Shown here: positions 17,635 to 28,825 of the stretch, one piece after another
How the letters are laid out: each line of letters opens with the position of its first letter
Position numbering within the stretch: the stretch's first letter is position 1
DNA from: an uncultured Mycoplasmatota bacterium
GTDB lineage: Bacteria; Bacillota_I; Bacilli_A; RF39; UBA660
DNA: 64,000 bases
NCBI GenBank assembly: GCA_900551455.1
Contig: URVV01000004.1
Coordinates: 18,165 to 82,164 of the forward strand
Direction of reading: 5' to 3'
Made by a program: the position numbers and the translations under genes
The notes under the pieces: model-generated
The model's database searches: none
Told to the model about the DNA's origin: nothing
The model's input: only the letters and a program-made list of their open reading frames with translations

Positions 17635-20448
17635 TTATTTTAAATAGTCTTTTAAGAATTGTCCAGTATAGCTATTTTTACATTTTGCAACTTCTTCCGG
17701 AGTACCAGTAGCAATCACCTTACCACCTAAATCTCCACCATCAGGGCCCAGATCAATAATATAATCCGCTACTTTAATAACATCTAAATTATGTTCGATA
17801 ACAATAACCGTATCTCCATTATCAACAATTCTGTTCAAAATAGAAAGTAATTTTTCAATATCGTAAGAATGAAGACCTGTCGTTGGTTCATCTAATATAA
17901 AGACACTTTTTCCAGTTGGTTTCTTTTGTAGTTCTTTTGCCAATTTTACTCTCGCAGCCTCTCCACCTGATAAAGTTGGTGCACTTTGTCCAATTTTGAT
18001 ATAACCAAGTCCCACATCTTGTAAAGTTTTAAGTTTGTTTAATACTTTCGGATGATTTTCAAAAAAATCAACCAAATCATCAACTCTCATCTCTAAAACA
18101 TCATATATACTTTTACCCTTATATTTAATACTTAATGTTTCCTTATTATATCTCGTTCCGTGACATACATCGCAAGGAACATAAACATCTGGTAAAAAAT
18201 GCATTTCTATTTTCTTAACACCATCACCCCAACAAGCCTCACATCTTCCACCTTTAACATTAAAACTAAACCTACTCTTATCATATCCTTTAATCTTTGC
18301 TTCTTTAGTTTCAGCAAATACATCTCTTATATCATCAAATACAGAAACATAAGTAGCTGGATTACTTCTTGGAGTTCTACCAATCGGATTTTGAGTTATA
18401 AGAATAACCTTATCAACCTCATCAAGGCCTAAAACTTCTTTACATTTTCCAGGTTTTTCCTTAAAACTATATAAATTACTTGCTAAAGTTTTATATAAAA
18501 TTTCATTTACTAAACTACTCTTTCCAGAACCAGAAACTCCCGTTACACAAGTAAATGTACCCAAAGGAAACTTTACATTAATATTTTTTAAATTATTCTC
18601 ACTAGCTCCCTTAACAGTAATAAACTTTCCATTTCCTTTTCTTCTAGTTTTAGGCACCTCAATCTTTCTTTTTCCGGATAAGAATTGCCCAGTAATACTA
18701 TTCTCACACTTCATAACCTCTTCTGGAGTTCCAGCCGCTACAACATATCCCCCGTGTTCCCCTGCTAAAGGTCCAATATCAACTAAATAATCTGCTGCCA
18801 GCATTGTATCCGCATCGTGCTCAACAACAATTAAAGTATTACCCAAATCTCGCATTTCTAACAAAGAATTAATTAACTTTTGATTATCCTTTTGATGTAA
18901 ACCAATACTAGGTTCATCTAATACATATAAAACACCAGTTAACTTAGAACCAATTTGCGTAGCCAATCTAATTCTTTGACTTTCTCCACCTGATAAAGTT
19001 CCTGCAGTTCTATTAAGCGTTAAGTATTCCAATCCCACATTAATAAGAAAATCTAATCTACTATCAATTTCCTTAATTAATAATGTGGCAATTTCTTTCT
19101 TCTCATCAGATAATTTTAGATTATTAATAAAGTCTCTTAAATCTCTAATAGATAAACAACTAGTCTCATATATATTCTTATTATTAATCAAAACTGACAA
19201 AGCCCCTTCACCAAGTCTAGCACCCTTACACGTAGGACATACACTCTCACTCATATATCCCTCAATCCATTCTCTAATCCAAGTGCTCTTAGTTTCAATA
19301 TACCTTCTCTCTAAATTAGTAATAACCCCTTCAAAATAATCTTTCGCATTTCTGGTATTTCCATTTTTAGAAGTATATCTAAATTCCAATATATCTGGAG
19401 AACCATATAAAACAATATCCATCTTATTCTTAGGAATATCTTTAATAGGCATATCTAAATCAATATCATAATACTTAGCAACTGTTTCAATTTGTGTCCT
19501 ATTAATATTATCATCATCAATATTAAATGGTTTAATTCCCCCATTATTAATAGATAAATTTCTATCAGGAATAACTAAGTCCATATCCAACTTAAACTTA
19601 ACTCCCAATCCCTTACAATCAGGGCAAGCTCCATAAGGCGCATTAAAAGAAAATATTCTAGGTTCCAACTCTAACAAAGAAAAGTCACAATAAGGACAAG
19701 CAAAATCCTCACTCATAAGCATTTCTTCTTTAGTATCTGGTAAATCAATAATAATCTTTCCCTTAGCAATTTTTGAAGCCGTTTCAATCGAATCGTATAA
19801 TCTAGATCTAATCTCATCTTTTACAACTAATCTATCTACAATAACTAAAATAATATGTTTCTTATTCTTTTCTAATTCTATATTTTCATTAAGTTCTTTA
19901 ATTTCACCATCAATTTTACATCTTACAAAACCGTCTCTTCTAAGCTGGTCTAATGTATCTTTATGAGTACCTTTTTCCCCCTTTACAATTGGAGCCATTA
20001 CCATAATCCTAGTTCCAGTGTCAAGTTCTAAAACTTTGTTTGTCATTTCTTCAACACTTTGTTGAGTAATTGGAACATGATGCCTTGGGCAATAAGGAAC
20101 TCCTACCCTAGCATACAAAAGTCTTAAATAATCATATATCTCAGTAATAGTTCCTACTGTAGATCTAGGATTCTTATTTGTACTCTTTTGATCAATACTA
20201 ATTGAAGGAGACAGTCCCTCAATTGAATCTACTAAAGGCTTTTCACTCCCCCCAAGAAATTGTCTAGCATAAGCACTTAAGCTTTCAATATACCTTCTCT
20301 GTCCTTCAGCATAAATCGTATCAAAGGCAAGACTACTCTTTCCAGAACCTGAAACCCCAGTCATAACCACTAACTTATTCTTAGGTATTTCAATATCAAT
20401 ATTTTTTAAATTATTTTCTCTAGCACCCTTAACAATAATCTTATCCAT
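17635..20448 (-). CDS. uvrA: excinuclease ABC subunit A
   Basis: MDKIIVKGARENNLKNIDIEIPKNKLVVMTGVSGSGKSSLAFDTIYAEGQRRY..., two ABC modules, zinc-finger Cys pairs. ATG at 20448 follows GGAAGTGAG. Confidence 0.97.
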   Translation of the reverse strand: MDKIIVKGARENNLKNIDIEIPKNKLVVMTGVSGSGKSSLAFDTIYAEGQRRYIESLSAYARQFLGGSEKPLVDSIEGLSPSISIDQKSTNKNPRSTVGTITEIYDYLRLLYARVGVPYCPRHHVPITQQSVEEMTNKVLELDTGTRIMVMAPIVKGEKGTHKDTLDQLRRDGFVRCKIDGEIKELNENIELEKNKKHIILVIVDRLVVKDEIRSRLYDSIETASKIAKGKIIIDLPDTKEEMLMSEDFACPYCDFSLLELEPRIFSFNAPYGACPDCKGLGVKFKLDMDLVIPDRNLSINNGGIKPFNIDDDNINRTQIETVAKYYDIDLDMPIKDIPKNKMDIVLYGSPDILEFRYTSKNGNTRNAKDYFEGVITNLERRYIETKSTWIREWIEGYMSESVCPTCKGARLGEGALSVLINNKNIYETSCLSIRDLRDFINNLKLSDEKKEIATLLIKEIDSRLDFLINVGLEYLTLNRTAGTLSGGESQRIRLATQIGSKLTGVLYVLDEPSIGLHQKDNQKLINSLLEMRDLGNTLIVVEHDADTMLAADYLVDIGPLAGEHGGYVVAAGTPEEVMKCENSITGQFLSGKRKIEVPKTRRKGNGKFITVKGASENNLKNINVKFPLGTFTCVTGVSGSGKSSLVNEILYKTLASNLYSFKEKPGKCKEVLGLDEVDKVILITQNPIGRTPRSNPATYVSVFDDIRDVFAETKEAKIKGYDKSRFSFNVKGGRCEACWGDGVKKIEMHFLPDVYVPCDVCHGTRYNKETLSIKYKGKSIYDVLEMRVDDLVDFFENHPKVLNKLKTLQDVGLGYIKIGQSAPTLSGGEAARVKLAKELQKKPTGKSVFILDEPTTGLHSYDIEKLLSILNRIVDNGDTVIVIEHNLDVIKVADYIIDLGPDGGDLGGKVIATGTPEEVAKCKNSYTGQFLKDYLK

Positions 20449-20608
20449 TTTTCTCACTTCCAAGTTCATATTATATAACAAAATTAACAAATTTGTTTAA
20501 CTAATTTCTTCCATAAAACTACCACTATCATAACATAATTAAAAATATCTGTCAAGATTAAATAATACATTTGTTTGTATTATCTAATAAATAAAAAAAT
20601 AACTATTT

Positions 20609-21193
20609 CTAGTTATCTTCTTCAAAAACTTTCTTAATTTTAATCTTAATTCTATGAAAAGTATTATAAATAGACTTAACATCTTTATTTAAACTATTAG
20701 CAATTTCTAAAAAATCATATCCCCTAATTTTTAATTCAAAAACTTTTAATTCAAATTCAGTTAATTCTTTTCTTATCTTTTCGATAATCTTTTCTTCATA
20801 ATCCCTTAATAAAAATGCTTTTTCTATATCGGTATTATCCTTAATAACTTTCTCCATATTTTCATCAATAGCAATAGCATTATTTAATACTTTTTCTTTT
20901 CCCTTTGTTGACTTTCTTAAATAATTAACTATTTTTCTATCTATACATAAATTAGCAAATGTATAAAAAGTCGCCTTATTATCTCCAGGTAAAAAACTTT
21001 TTATCGCTTCTTCTAACCCAATATACCCCTCTTGCATAATATCACTAATTTCTATCCCATGATGTGTCGCATATATAATAGCATTTTTACTCTTTTTTAC
21101 AACAATTGGTTTATACTTTTGATAAATTAAATTACTCGCATCCTCATTGCCCTCTTGTGCCAATAATACTAACTCATAATCATTATATTCCAT
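20609..21193 (-). CDS. sigH: sigma-70 family sigma factor, SigH-like by sequence and by context (downstream of mrnC-rlmB)
   Basis: ELVLLAQEGNEDASNLIYQKYKPIV...IMQEGYIGLEEAIKSF plus a region 4 HTH at the C-terminus. Confidence 0.7.
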   Translation of the reverse strand: MEYNDYELVLLAQEGNEDASNLIYQKYKPIVVKKSKNAIIYATHHGIEISDIMQEGYIGLEEAIKSFLPGDNKATFYTFANLCIDRKIVNYLRKSTKGKEKVLNNAIAIDENMEKVIKDNTDIEKAFLLRDYEEKIIEKIRKELTEFELKVFELKIRGYDFLEIANSLNKDVKSIYNTFHRIKIKIKKVFEEDN

Positions 21194-21195
21194 AA

Positions 21196-21897
21196 TTACC
21201 TTTTACTAGCCACAATTCTTGCTAAAACAATTCCACAAGAAACCGAAGCATTTAAACTATTAATTTTTCCAATCATTGGTATTTTAGCCACAAAATCACA
21301 ATTATCTTGTAAAACTCTACTCATTCCTTTTCCTTCATTACCAATAATTAAGCAAATTGGCATATTATAATCTAATTCTGTATAATCAGTACCATCCATA
21401 TCTGTACCAATAACCCAATAACCAATTTCCTTAAGTTTCTTAATAGCTACTCCTAAATTAGCCACTTTAATAATTGGCATATTATAAATAGCACCTACAC
21501 TAGTTTTAACAACCGTCGCATTAATAGAGACACTTCTATCATTAGGAATAATAATTCCATCTATTCCTAGTGCCTCACACGTTCTTATAATTGCTCCAAA
21601 ATTATGTGGATCTTCTATGTGATCAAGTAACACAATTATCGGATTTTTCTTATTAATACCCTTAATATAATCAAAATCAAAAGTTTCAACCTCATCAACT
21701 TCTAATATAATTCCCTGATGAACCCCATCAACTTTATTATCTAAAAATTTATTAGGAACAAAAGTATATCTAATCCCATATTTTTTAATTAAACTCATAA
21801 TTTCTGAATCATTAAACTTTTCCGCTAAATAAATTTTATTAATCTTTTCCCCACTCTTAATCTTCTCTTTAGCTACATTTTTTCCATATATATACAT
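21196..21897 (-). CDS. rlmB: TrmH/SpoU-family 23S rRNA 2'-O-methyltransferase (RlmB/YacO-like)
   Basis: LDHIEDPHNFGAIIRTCEALG...LIIGNEGKGMS...SLNASVSCGIVL. Confidence 0.85.
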   Translation of the reverse strand: MYIYGKNVAKEKIKSGEKINKIYLAEKFNDSEIMSLIKKYGIRYTFVPNKFLDNKVDGVHQGIILEVDEVETFDFDYIKGINKKNPIIVLLDHIEDPHNFGAIIRTCEALGIDGIIIPNDRSVSINATVVKTSVGAIYNMPIIKVANLGVAIKKLKEIGYWVIGTDMDGTDYTELDYNMPICLIIGNEGKGMSRVLQDNCDFVAKIPMIGKINSLNASVSCGIVLARIVASKR

Positions 21898-21902
21898 TTA
21901 AA

Positions 21903-22268
21903 TCACTCCAAATCAAAACCCCAATTTAATAAACCACCATCTAAATTATACAAATTAGTATATCCCATTTTGCTTAATTTCTCTGCTGCCTTCATACTTC
22001 TCATTCCACTAGCACAATATAAAATGATTATCGTACTCTTATCATAACTAATATTATCTATCCCTTCTAAAGGAACATTTTTAGCATTAGCAATATGACC
22101 AGTATTATATTCATCCATATTTCTTACATCAATTATCTCTACCTTATTATTATTAATTAAATTCATAGCTTCATTTGCATCAATCGTTTTATAAGCTTTC
22201 TTCCCACAACCAGTAACTAAAAGTAAAAATAAACTAAAAGTCATCACCTTAAACCATTTCTTCATCAT
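21903..22268 (-). CDS. rhodanese-domain lipoprotein
   Basis: MKKWFKVMTFSLFLLLVTGCG lipobox. IIDVRNMDEYNTGHI and the active-site loop YCASGMRS. Confidence 0.75.
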   Translation of the reverse strand: MMKKWFKVMTFSLFLLLVTGCGKKAYKTIDANEAMNLINNNKVEIIDVRNMDEYNTGHIANAKNVPLEGIDNISYDKSTIIILYCASGMRSMKAAEKLSKMGYTNLYNLDGGLLNWGFDLE

Positions 22269-22641
22269 ATTCCTCCAATATAAAATTAACAATTTCTGTA
22301 ACTCGATCAATCTTATCACTTAAATACAAATATCCAATTAATGCCTCAAATCCTGTAGAATTCTTATAAGTAATTATATCCGTATTCTTAGGATGACTTC
22401 CTCTCTTATAATTTCTACCTCGTTTAACAACATCTATCTCCTCATTACTCAAATAACCAATATCAAGTAAGTACTTAAGTATTCTAGCCTGACTTTTCGC
22501 AGATACATACTTAATAGCTTCTTTTTGTAAATCCTCTACCTTAGCAATTCCCTTTTTAATTAAATCCTCCCTTATATATACCTCATAAACAGCATCTCCC
22601 ATATAAGCCAAAGTAATAACATTAATCATATTTACATCCAT
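22249..22641 (-). CDS. mrnC: Mini-ribonuclease 3
   Basis: LAYMGDAVYEVYIRE...GRN...NSTGFEALIGYLYL. Confidence 0.85.
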   Translation of the reverse strand: MDVNMINVITLAYMGDAVYEVYIREDLIKKGIAKVEDLQKEAIKYVSAKSQARILKYLLDIGYLSNEEIDVVKRGRNYKRGSHPKNTDIITYKNSTGFEALIGYLYLSDKIDRVTEIVNFILEEYDEEMV

Positions 22642-22833
22642 CTTTTCACTTCCATATTCATTTTATCATATAAAAAATAATTTGTAAAATTATTTAACTA
22701 CCAGTAATATAAAGAAAAAAGTCAGAAAAGACTATAGGTATATAACCTATTACTTTCTGACCATATATTTAAGTCATATCTATCATATGACATTATTATT
22801 ATCACCCATAACAAAATAATTATACATCCAATT

Positions 22834-25800
22834 TTAAAGTTTACTATAATATTCGTATCTAGCCTTTGCCCATTTTTTTTGATTATCCAATAACTTATCT
22901 GCCTCACTAGGATTAATCTTTTTCAAATTTGCATACCTATTCTCATTAGATAAAAATTCATCATACCTATCAAAATCAACATCCTTCGAATCTAAAGTAA
23001 AAACTTTATTTTGAGGATTATATCTAAATGTCAAGAAATATCCACATTTTGAAGCTAAATAAGCATCATCTAAACTATGTTCCATTCCTTTTTTTATCCC
23101 GTGTTCAATACAAGGCGCATAAGCAATAACAATTGAAGGTCCATTATGATTATTAGCCTCTTGTAAAACCTTTAAATACTGTTCCTTATTATAACCAATA
23201 TTAACACAAGCAACATATACGTGTGGATAACACATTGCAATTCTAGCTAAATCTTTTTTATAATTATTTTTTCCATTAGCTGTAAATGAAGCAATAGAAC
23301 CAAGATTACTAGATTTTGAAGACTGTCCTCCAGTATTAGAATATACCTCCGTATCAAGAACTAAAATATTAATATTCTCATTTGTTGATAGTATATGATC
23401 TAATCCTCCATATCCAATATCATAAGCAAATCCATCTCCCCCAACAATCCATACAGATTTAGGAACAATATAATCTCTAAGTTCCTTTAAATATGTATGC
23501 TTATTAAAATCAATTCTCTTATAAACATCCTTACAGATTTCATAATTATCCATATTATTAACCCATAAATCAAAGTCCGGAGAACTATTCTCTTCCATAT
23601 ATTTCTTAATCTTATTTCTTTTAATATTAATTCCCTGTTTAATACCTAAACCAAATTCTGCATTATCCTCAAACAAACTATTAGCCCAAGGAATAGAGTA
23701 TGGTGTAGAAGGAGCACTAGCCCCATATATTGAAGAACATCCCGTTGCATTAGCAATAAATAAATTATCATTAAATAATTGTGTTAAATTTTTAAGATAA
23801 GCTGTTTCCCCACAACCAGCACATGCTCCAGAAAATTCAAATTTAGGTTCTACAAACTCCAAATTTTTAACATTAACAATTTTAGGATCATACTCTTCTT
23901 TATTCTTTTCTAAATATTCAAAATCATCATTCGTATAAATATTCTTATCATACTTCTTCATTTCCAAAGCTTTCTTTCCAAGTTTACCAGGACAAACATT
24001 AGCACAAACACCACATCCCGTACAATCCTTGTAACTTATTCCAATCGTATATTTTTTATTCTTTGGAAAAACACTTAAAATTCCATTTTCATAAGGATCA
24101 TCCTCCTTAAGTAAAAAAGGTCTAATTACTGCGTGCGGACAAACAAAAGCACATTGATTACACTGAATACAATTATCTTTATTCCAACAAGGAACATTCT
24201 CAGCAATATCTCTTTTTTCAAATTTAGTACTTCCCCCTGGATATATTCCCGATTTTCTCTCTAAAAAAGCACTAACTGGTAATTCATTTCCTTTAAGTAA
24301 CCCAATCATTTCTTCAATAGATAAATCCTCTCTCTCCGTATATTTTAAATTAATCCAATCCTCATCAACTGTAATCTTATTAATATGAAGAGTAGATTCC
24401 ATCACAATCCTATTATTTACCTGTACAACATTATCCCCTTTATGAGCAAACCTTTTCTCATTTGTATTCTTCATAATATCTTTAACTAAATCTATATCTA
24501 AAATTTTAATAATATCAAAAATACATATCTCCATACAAGTACTAATTTTATTCTTAAGTCCCAACTCATTAACTAATTTATAAGCATCTATCGTATAAAA
24601 ATTAACCTTCTTCTTAGCTAATAAATATTTAACTTTATTAGGAAGTGATCTAACTAACTTATCACTATCCATTCTCGTATTTAAAAACAAAGTACCATTA
24701 TCCATCAGATTATCTAAAATATCATACTTATAAATATATTCTTCCTTAGAAACAACCACCAATGAAGGATTACTAACATAATAAGGAGCCTTAATTTCCT
24801 TATCAGAAATCCTCATATGACTTCTAGTAACTCCCCCAGATTTTTTTGAATCATATTGAAAATAACCTTGCACATACTTATCCGTATGATCCCCAATAAT
24901 TTTAATCATATCCTTTGAAGTAGATACCATTCCATCTGATCCATATCCATATATCAAAAACTCTGTCATATTATTAGGAATAATAAAATTCTCATCAATA
25001 TCTATACTCAAATTAGTAACATCATCTTTAATTCCTATTGTAAAATTACTATGTCTCTTATCACTATTCATAAAGTCAAATAAACTCTTAATCTGACTCG
25101 GAGTCGTATCTTTTGAAGATAATCCATATCTTCCTCCAATAATTTCAATATCTAAATCCTTAAATACCGAAATTACATCCAAATACAAAGGTTCACCATT
25201 TTGAGCAGGATCCTTAGTTCTATCTAAAACAGCAATCTTCTTAACAGTTTTAGGAACTACCTCGAGTAAATGTTTTGCACTAAACGGTCTATATAAATGA
25301 ACTTCTACCATCCCATAAGATTTTCCCTGTAGATTTAAATAATCGACGGTATTTCTAATCGTATCACATACACTACCCATAGCAATAATTATTTCCCTTG
25401 CATCCTCAGCTCCATAATAATTAAAAGGCTTGAAATCACTTCCTGTTATTTTGTTAATTTCTTTCATATAATCCTCAACTGTATTAACTACATCAACATA
25501 ATCTTTATTTCTAGCCTCAGTATTTTGAAAATATATATCGTCATTTTGAGCAGTACCTCTAGTATTGTAATTTTCATTACTCATAGCTTTATCTCTAAAT
25601 TTTTTTAATGCCTCTTTATCAATAAGCCTCTTAACCTTATCAAAATCAATTAATTTAATCTTATCTATTTCATGACTAGTTCTAAAACCATCAAAAAAAT
25701 TAATAAATGGTAATGAAGATTTAATTGCTGATAAATGTGCAATATTTGCCATCAAATAAGCATCTTGTGGATTAGCTGAGCATAACATACATCCTCCGGT

Positions 25801-26202
25801 AGACCTAACAGCATATATATCCTGATGATCCCCAAAAATACTAAGAGCATGTGTTGCCAAACTTCGAGCTGCTACGTGCATAACAAGCGGTAACATCTCT
25901 CCAGCAATTTTATATAAACTAGGAATCATTAAAAGTAATCCCTGACTAGCAGTAAACGTCGAAGCTAATACTCCAGATTGTAATGCCCCGTGTACTAAAG
26001 CAATCGCTCCCGCTTCTGACTGCATTTCAACAACTTTTACTTTATTATTCCAAAAATTATAAGTTTCCGTATTTGAAATAACATCAACATTTTCTGCCAT
26101 AGGTGATGCTGGAGTAATCGGATATATTCCACATAGTTCACTAAATTTATAAGCCACCGTACTTACTGCTTCATTTGCATCCATTGTTTTAAACTTTTCC
26201 AT
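22834..26202 (-). CDS. nifJ: pyruvate:ferredoxin (flavodoxin) oxidoreductase
   Basis: 1122 aa. DANEAVSTVAYKFSELCGIYPITPASPMAE, two 4Fe-4S ferredoxin motifs (CIQCNQCAFVCPHA, CTGCGVCANVCP), and a TPP domain GGDGFAYDIG. Confidence 0.95.
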   Translation of the reverse strand: MEKFKTMDANEAVSTVAYKFSELCGIYPITPASPMAENVDVISNTETYNFWNNKVKVVEMQSEAGAIALVHGALQSGVLASTFTASQGLLLMIPSLYKIAGEMLPLVMHVAARSLATHALSIFGDHQDIYAVRSTGGCMLCSANPQDAYLMANIAHLSAIKSSLPFINFFDGFRTSHEIDKIKLIDFDKVKRLIDKEALKKFRDKAMSNENYNTRGTAQNDDIYFQNTEARNKDYVDVVNTVEDYMKEINKITGSDFKPFNYYGAEDAREIIIAMGSVCDTIRNTVDYLNLQGKSYGMVEVHLYRPFSAKHLLEVVPKTVKKIAVLDRTKDPAQNGEPLYLDVISVFKDLDIEIIGGRYGLSSKDTTPSQIKSLFDFMNSDKRHSNFTIGIKDDVTNLSIDIDENFIIPNNMTEFLIYGYGSDGMVSTSKDMIKIIGDHTDKYVQGYFQYDSKKSGGVTRSHMRISDKEIKAPYYVSNPSLVVVSKEEYIYKYDILDNLMDNGTLFLNTRMDSDKLVRSLPNKVKYLLAKKKVNFYTIDAYKLVNELGLKNKISTCMEICIFDIIKILDIDLVKDIMKNTNEKRFAHKGDNVVQVNNRIVMESTLHINKITVDEDWINLKYTEREDLSIEEMIGLLKGNELPVSAFLERKSGIYPGGSTKFEKRDIAENVPCWNKDNCIQCNQCAFVCPHAVIRPFLLKEDDPYENGILSVFPKNKKYTIGISYKDCTGCGVCANVCPGKLGKKALEMKKYDKNIYTNDDFEYLEKNKEEYDPKIVNVKNLEFVEPKFEFSGACAGCGETAYLKNLTQLFNDNLFIANATGCSSIYGASAPSTPYSIPWANSLFEDNAEFGLGIKQGINIKRNKIKKYMEENSSPDFDLWVNNMDNYEICKDVYKRIDFNKHTYLKELRDYIVPKSVWIVGGDGFAYDIGYGGLDHILSTNENINILVLDTEVYSNTGGQSSKSSNLGSIASFTANGKNNYKKDLARIAMCYPHVYVACVNIGYNKEQYLKVLQEANNHNGPSIVIAYAPCIEHGIKKGMEHSLDDAYLASKCGYFLTFRYNPQNKVFTLDSKDVDFDRYDEFLSNENRYANLKKINPSEADKLLDNQKKWAKARYEYYSKL

Positions 26203-26281
26203 TAATCTCGCCTCTATTCATTATTTATTATATAACAAATACTTAAGACATTCAAGCAAGATAATCAAAGAAAAAGAGTAA

Positions 26282-26863
26282 TTACTTACAAGTATAGCCT
26301 TGTTTAGTGTAATTATCTCTAAATGTATTAATATCTCTAGATAAATTTAAAGTATTTAAATCAGTATCACTTATCTTATCATAATCAATTAAATAATTAA
26401 CAATATAATTATTATCTGTATCAGTAGTATTTTGCACTGAAAAGCCCGCAATATTACCATATGTACTTTGAACAGTAGCGTGCCTACTCTTAATTCCGGC
26501 AACATCTAAAATAACTGCTGAAGTACCTTGAATAACTTTATCAATTGCACTACCTATAACTCCATCAATAATACCATCATTATCTTTTTGAGTATCATTT
26601 GTTGTACCATCAGTACCAGTACCCACGCCATCAATATCTTTCTTTCCATCTCCGTCAGTATCATTAACTGTATTTTGCTTATAATCATAAGTAATTCTAA
26701 CTTTTTTAATTTCTTTACCTTCATAGTCAACATCATACTTTGTCTTCGTAGTTAATGTCCCATTTTTAACTTCATAACTACAACTCATCGTATTAGTAGC
26801 TCCAGCTCCACATCCAGTTAACATTAAAATCATTCCTAAAGATAAAAATAAAACTTTTTTCAT
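26282..26863 (-). CDS. lipoprotein with Asp/Gly-rich calcium-binding-like repeats
   Basis: Lipobox LTGCG. DTDGDGKKDIDGVGTGTDGTTNDTQKDNDGIIDG. Confidence 0.55.
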   Translation of the reverse strand: MKKVLFLSLGMILMLTGCGAGATNTMSCSYEVKNGTLTTKTKYDVDYEGKEIKKVRITYDYKQNTVNDTDGDGKKDIDGVGTGTDGTTNDTQKDNDGIIDGVIGSAIDKVIQGTSAVILDVAGIKSRHATVQSTYGNIAGFSVQNTTDTDNNYIVNYLIDYDKISDTDLNTLNLSRDINTFRDNYTKQGYTCK

Positions 26864-27000
26864 TTCATACCTCCTTTTATTCTTATTATTTTCTAAAACA
26901 AGAAAAAAATAATTGGTAATTTTTGAAAAAAATTAAAAATCATATTACCTAAAAAATGAAAAGACAATCAAATCTAAATACTTGATTGTCTATACATTAA

Positions 27001-28371
27001 CTAAAAATCACAATTTCCTGGAGTTCTCGGATAAGGAATTACATCTCTTATATTATCTACACCAGTTAAATATATAAGTAATCTTTCAAATCCCATACCA
27101 AATCCTGAATGAACACATCCTCCAAATTTTCTCAACTTTAGGTACCAGTCAAAATCTTCTTCTTTCATTCCCAATTCTCTAATTCTCTCTAATAACTTAT
27201 CATAATTCTCTTCTCTTTGACTACCACCAATAAGTTCACCTGCTGAAGGAACTTCTAAATCTACTGCTGCCACCGTCTTACCATCATCATTTTGTTTCAT
27301 ATAAAACGCCTTAATATCCTTAGGCCAATTTTTAATAAATACCGGTCCATCAAAATATTCAGTAATATATTTCTCGTGTTCTCTTGCTATATCTTCGCCA
27401 TATTCAGGAGTAAATTCCCATTTAACTGGAGCCTCTTTTAAAATTTTAATAACCTCTTCGTGATCTATTCTCACAAAGTTACTATTTATTAACTTGTTAA
27501 GCTTATTTAAAAGACCCTTTTCTACATAACTATCAAAAAATTCCATTTCTTCCTTACAGTGTTCTAATACATACTTAACAACAAACTTTAACATTTCTTC
27601 CATCACGTCCATATCTCCATCAAGATCACAAAATGCCATTTCTGGTTCAATCATCCAAAACTCTGAAGCGTGAGTTTTAGTATTTGAATTTTCTGCCCTA
27701 AACGTTGGCCCAAAAGTATAAATTCTCTTATAAGCTAAAGCAAAAGTTTCCCCTTCAAGTTGTCCAGTAACAGCAAGTCCAACTTTTTTGTTAAAGAAAT
27801 CTTTATTATAATCAACTTCCCCATTTTTAGCCACTCTATCTAAATCAAGTGTTGTAACCTGAAACATTTGTCCAGCCCCTTCACCATCATTTGCTGTAAT
27901 AATAGGTGTATGAACATAAACATAATCTTTTTCTTGAAAAAACTTATGAATAGCATATGCAGCTACACTTCTAACCTTAAATACCGCTTTAAACAAATTA
28001 GTTCTTGGTCTAAGATAAGCAATTTCTCTTAAAAATTCACGAGTAGGTCTTCCTTTAGATTGTAAAGGATAATCATCAGGACAATCTCCAAGTAGTATTA
28101 TATCACTAGCTTTTAACTCAAAGTCTTGCTTTCCTTCTGATTTAACTAAAACACCCTTTGCAGTTATCGCTGATCCAATATGTAATTTCTGAATATCATC
28201 AAAATTTTTCAAACTATTATCATAAACAATTTGTAAATTTTCAAAAAAAGTTCCATCATTAAAATCAATAAAACCAAATTCTTTTTGTTTACGATGATTT
28301 CTAATCCATCCATTAACAGTTATTTCTTTTCCAACATAATCATTTTTAAACAAATCTCTAACATCTAACAT
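27001..28371 (-). CDS. asnS: asparagine--tRNA ligase
   Basis: 456 aa class IIb aaRS. VNGWIRNHRKQKEFGFIDFNDGT (OB anticodon-binding), FRAENSNTKTHASEFWMIE, GGSQRE, GFGMGFERL. Confidence 0.9.
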   Translation of the reverse strand: MLDVRDLFKNDYVGKEITVNGWIRNHRKQKEFGFIDFNDGTFFENLQIVYDNSLKNFDDIQKLHIGSAITAKGVLVKSEGKQDFELKASDIILLGDCPDDYPLQSKGRPTREFLREIAYLRPRTNLFKAVFKVRSVAAYAIHKFFQEKDYVYVHTPIITANDGEGAGQMFQVTTLDLDRVAKNGEVDYNKDFFNKKVGLAVTGQLEGETFALAYKRIYTFGPTFRAENSNTKTHASEFWMIEPEMAFCDLDGDMDVMEEMLKFVVKYVLEHCKEEMEFFDSYVEKGLLNKLNKLINSNFVRIDHEEVIKILKEAPVKWEFTPEYGEDIAREHEKYITEYFDGPVFIKNWPKDIKAFYMKQNDDGKTVAAVDLEVPSAGELIGGSQREENYDKLLERIRELGMKEEDFDWYLKLRKFGGCVHSGFGMGFERLLIYLTGVDNIRDVIPYPRTPGNCDF

Positions 28372-28416
28372 GATATTCCTTCTTTCTTAAAGATATTATA
28401 TCATAAAAACATCATA

Positions 28417-28770
28417 TTATATACGTTTTTTGTAAAGTGAATTAAAAAATCTTCTTGGTTCAGTTGCTATATAGTTATATAAAGAAGGCAATCTACGCAA
28501 TTCTCTAATTATTTCTAAGTCAGTAAGAGCCAACATAACTGAAACACTTTCATCACCATCACAAACAGCACTAAGTTCTCTTCCCATTAAATAGTCGGCA
28601 GAAATATTAAAAACTTCCAACATTTTTTCCATAACTTCCATACTAGGTACTCTTATCCCTTTTTCATATCCAGAAATAGAAACCTTAGTAACACCCAAAA
28701 GTTTTCCAAGCTCCTCTTGACTCATATGCCTTTCTTTTCGCAATTCTTTTATTCTACACCCTAATACCAT
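28417..28770 (-). CDS. XRE-family HTH regulator
   Basis: IKELRKERHMSQEELGKLLGVTKVSISGYEKG. Confidence 0.75.
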   Translation of the reverse strand: MVLGCRIKELRKERHMSQEELGKLLGVTKVSISGYEKGIRVPSMEVMEKMLEVFNISADYLMGRELSAVCDGDESVSVMLALTDLEIIRELRRLPSLYNYIATEPRRFFNSLYKKRI

Positions 28771-28825
28771 AATTCCATTATCCTTTCATTATAAATTTTA
28801 CTATAAATAACTTAAAAGAAAAAGT

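Noticed and set aside
22722-22907. 61-aa ORF overlapping the 3' end of the PFOR gene
   Set aside because: It overlaps nifJ and the downstream intergenic region and has no SD or motif. Likely spurious.
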